Assembly: GCA_950097015.1 (NCBI GenBank)
Contig: CATNEN010000038.1
Location: forward strand, 558,001 to 622,000
DNA: 64,000 nt
Direction: 5' to 3'
Source: Macrostomum hystrix
Taxonomy: Eukaryota > Animalia > Platyhelminthes
Program-made: the position numbers and the translations under genes
Notes under the pieces: model-generated
Told to the model about the DNA's origin: nothing
The model's input: the letters and a program-made list of their open reading frames with translations, nothing else
Databases searched by the model: none
Shown: positions 60,551 through 64,000 of the stretch, piece by piece
Layout: every line of letters starts with the position of its first letter
Position numbering within the stretch: the first letter of the stretch is position 1

Positions 60551-61138
60551 ACTTTATATTAGTACTCCTCTCTGAACGAAGCTTTAGTAAGCCCACAATT
60601 TATGAAGATTAATCTTTGCCGCCGGGTATGTGACAGGTGGTCCCATGGAGCAGACGCTAGGGCTGAATGAGGAGGCCTTTATAATTTATTGGAGCTGATA
60701 TTAACACCGCTGCGCTACTTATCATGGCCGGGAAGGCGGCGCCCTTTGATTCCGATCGTTGAACTCATTTTAAAGGGCTGGAACTAAGGGTGTACAACTC
60801 GCTTTTTATGATGCGTTTATCATTCCATTCTGTTATTAACGACTTCATAGGCCGTTTTAGACTTTGATATTGTGTTCAGTAAAGTGTGTAATATTAGTAC
60901 TTTAAAAATCGGTGGCCAAAAGTTTAAAGGAAAACAAAACTATAAATTTAACAATTTAGATTGAAGCATTTAAAAATACCTTTTTTGTTTTTGTAGAAAT
61001 TAGCTTTACTTCTTAAGCATTTTTAAACAATTTTATGACTTTATAATACATTTGCTACACAATGTTAGATTCCATGTTGATCTATTGGAATAACATGTTA
61101 GACTAATTACATGTTAGCATGTTAGTTGCAGAATTTGT

Positions 61139-61229
61139 TCATTTCCGATCTTCAGCATGTTGAATTGGCATCAGTTCCATGGCTTCATTCGCCTGCTTTG
61201 TCTCGTGTAATTTTTCTCGCTGCTGCTGT

Positions 61230-61260
<31 letters not shown>

Positions 61261-62543
61261 TCTGCTTAATACCGAGCAGGCGAAATGCCTCGGCCTTGAA
61301 AGTCGGTCCCACGAGGCAATACAGCAGAAAGTGCATCGCATAGCTCAACGTGAACAGCAGGTAGGACAGGATCTGGTAAGTTGGAATTGAAAATCTAATT
61401 TAGGGTTGCTGAGCTGATTAAATACAATTAAAGAAAGATGTAAATCGTATCACGGGGGTCGGTGGCAGAGCGGTTAACGCGTTTGCCTCTCGCGCCAAGG
61501 TCCCTGAGCTCGATTCCGCAGCGATGCCACATTTACGAGGCTCAGCCGCGTATTTGGGGCGCCGCTACGGAGACAAGGCTTGGATGCTTGTCGTGAAATA
61601 TACACCCATGAGGGCCTAGGTCCTAGGCACAGAGAGTGTACACTACCTGATGATGTGAAAGTCAGGGCAGCTGTACACACCTGTGTGAGCGTATGCCTGC
61701 GTACAGTATCTGTGTGCGTATGTGCTCAGGAGTCAGCGAAACGGGCAGAATTGCCTCCTCGCCGGCTGCGGGTCTAGTGTCTCAAAATAATGTGCCATTG
61801 CCCGCAGCCCTCCTGCAATTATTAATATTATTAAATATCGCACAAGTTCCACCAGCCGCACCAAGGTGAACAGAGCAGAGTTAATTGTGTTGCTAGAGAG
61901 CACAAATCGTTTCAGTGGAGTCATGAATCGAACCCTCGATATACGAGCTATTTAAGTCGTTAGTCCGACGCCCTTACCACAACAATAGTAGACTGGAGAC
62001 TGAAGCACTAGTATAGGAAATCAAGTACCAATGCTCTAGGATTTCTTCCCTTAGCTCAAGATTCGAACCCCCGACCTTTCCGGTTTGGAAGCTTGAATAA
62101 AATGAATTGATAAATGTGGTGGAAACGTGAGCCGAACCTGGACAGCGTAGACACAGTTGATGACGGAGGACGATTTGGCTAAAATCTCGGCTCGCTTTGC
62201 ATCCAGCAGCTTCATGACTAGCAGGTAGGGCAGAGACGAGACCAGGTAGAACACATTCGTGCTCAGCAGCATCTTCGTCAGGTTGCCGCCCCAGCCGCCG
62301 CCGCCGCCTCCGGTGCAGCCCACGCCCTTCGGTCGGCGCCTCTTTCGCTGCTTGTTCAAGCTGGCTTCGCGCCTGATTCGAAGACTGCGCAATCGCCTGG
62401 CGATCAGCAGATTGGCGCCCAGCATGATCAGGAAGGGGCCGACGGTGACAAGGGCGGGGTCAACGAAGGTCACGTAGGAGTGTAGAATCAGCGGGTCGTG
62501 AATGTGACACTTGGTCAGGTTCGAGTTCTGCTTCAACCGGAGC
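61139..62543 (-). CDS. Class A (rhodopsin-like) peptide-type GPCR, last two exons (TM5-TM7); 5' exons not located
   Basis: Exons 62543-62138 and 61372-61139: VGPFLIMLGANLLIARRL (TM5), LTKMLLSTNVFYLVSSLPY (TM6), LSYAMHFLLYCLVGPTFK (TM7 and helix 8), poly-Q tail. Confidence 0.82.
61454..61825 (+). mobile_element. SINE family 2 copy in the GPCR intron
   Basis: Head gggggtcggtggcagagcggttaacgcg...gagctcgattccgc; body matches the 13548 and 40126 copies. Confidence 0.87.
61850..61985 (-). mobile_element. Degraded SINE family 1 head fragment
   Basis: gaatcgaacc (reversed B-box) and gtcgttagtccgacgcccttaccac resemble 31560-31615. Confidence 0.55.
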
Positions 62544-62611
62544 CTGCGATGGGAAGGTATTTGGCTCCACGGCATTGAAACACTCGCTGCGGATGACGCT
62601 AACAACTCTAC

Positions 62612-63175
62612 ACTTGACAATCTACCAGTTCTACCATTGAAAATCTACCAGTTCTACCATTGACAATCTACCAAAGCTACCAATGACAATCTACCAAAGC
62701 TACCATTGACAATCTACCAAAGCTACCATTGACAATCTACCAGAGCTATCATTAACAATCTACCAAAGCTACCATTGACAATCTACCAAAGCTACCATTA
62801 ACAATCTACCAAAGCTACCATTGACAATCTACCAAAGCTACCATTGACAATCTACCAAAGCTACCATTGACAATCTACCAAAGCTACCATTGACAATCTA
62901 CCAAAGCTACCATTGACAATCTACCAAAGCTACCATTAACAATCTACCAAAGCTACCATTGACAATCTACCAAAGCTACCATTAACAATCTACCAAAGCT
63001 ACCATTGACAATCTACCAAAGCTACCTTTGACAATCTACTAAAGCTACCATTGACAATCTACCAAAGCTACCATTGACAATCTACCAAAGCTACCATTGA
63101 CAATCTACCAAAGCTACCTTTGACAATCTACAAAGCTACCATTGACAATCTACCAAAGCTACCTTGACAATCTAT
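62612..63175. repeat. 23-bp minisatellite (TTGACAATCTACCAAAGCTACCA)n
   Basis: Visible periodicity; lies in the GPCR intron. Confidence 0.96.
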
Positions 63176-63521
63176 GCTACCATATACACTATCCTATCTA
63201 CTAAAAGATCACTGGACAGCAACAGTGAAAACATTTCCTATTTCTAAATCGGACAAACAAGAAGAGTGTACGTTTGGCGAAATCAAAAATTATTTTATGG
63301 GTACGCATTTTTATGAACAAACTTTACTAGCATATCCTGGTTCTTAGTATAGGGATAAACATAGGCCTATCTTGATGTTTGTGCATCAAGTGGAAGCGCT
63401 GGCAGTTGATATATACAATATTCAATCTACAATGAAATATCCCAAAACCAGCGCTGTAGACACTCGATGGCCCGTCATGCTTAATCATGTCTGCTTCTGG
63501 CTGAACAAATTGATCCTAATC

Positions 63522-64000
63522 TTACACACTGACAAATCCTACCTGTCACACACTGACCAATCCTACCTGTCACACACTGACAAATCCTACCTGTCACACA
63601 CTGACCAATCCTACCTGTCACACACTGACCAATCCTACCTGTCACACAATGACCAATCCTACCTGTCACACACTGACCAATCCTACCTGTCACACACTGA
63701 CCAATCCTACCTGTCACACACTGACCAATCCTACCTGTCACACAATGACCAATCCTACCTGTCACACACTGACCAATCCTACCTGTCACACACTGACCAA
63801 TCCTACCTGTCACACACTGACCAATCCTACCTGTCACACAATGACCAATCCTACCTGTCACACACTGACCAATCCTACCTGTCACACAATGACCAATCCT
63901 ACCTGTCACACACTGACCGATCCTACCTGTCACACACTGACCAATCCTACCTGTCACACACTGACCAATCCTACCTGTCACACACTGACCAATCCTACCT
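63522..64000. repeat. 24-bp minisatellite (CACACTGACCAATCCTACCTGTCA)n running off the window
   Basis: Visible periodicity. Confidence 0.96.

Overview
Eukaryotic, intron-rich animal genomic DNA. Gene content, intronic minisatellites and start-codon-less first exons suggest a flatworm such as Macrostomum (inference only). Hand-spliced genes: two convergent 9-exon SLC13/INDY Na+-carboxylate transporter paralogs, an orphan intronless ORF, a 4'-phosphopantetheinyl transferase (AASDHPPT-like), a divergent DEG/ENaC channel, two near-identical intronless stefin/cystatin genes, TFIIH p34 (GTF2H3/Tfb4), a CENP-X/MHF2-like gene, an A20+AN1 zinc-finger gene (ZFAND5/6-like) and the 3' part of a class A GPCR. 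Mobile DNA: an intact APE-RT LINE inserted in an intronic minisatellite, two tRNA-derived SINE families and a TA-flanked MITE. More than 15 distinct tandem arrays explain most of the long repetitive ORFs. Most notable: (1) the CENP-X stop lies only 7 nt before the Tfb4 ATG, suggesting a dicistronic unit; (2) CENP-X and AASDHPPT have no usable genomic ATG and begin at phase-0 acceptors, as expected if the flatworm spliced leader supplies the AUG; (3) 14 copies of the palindrome TAGGCCTA cluster upstream of that unit. All coordinates were read by eye; no searches were run.
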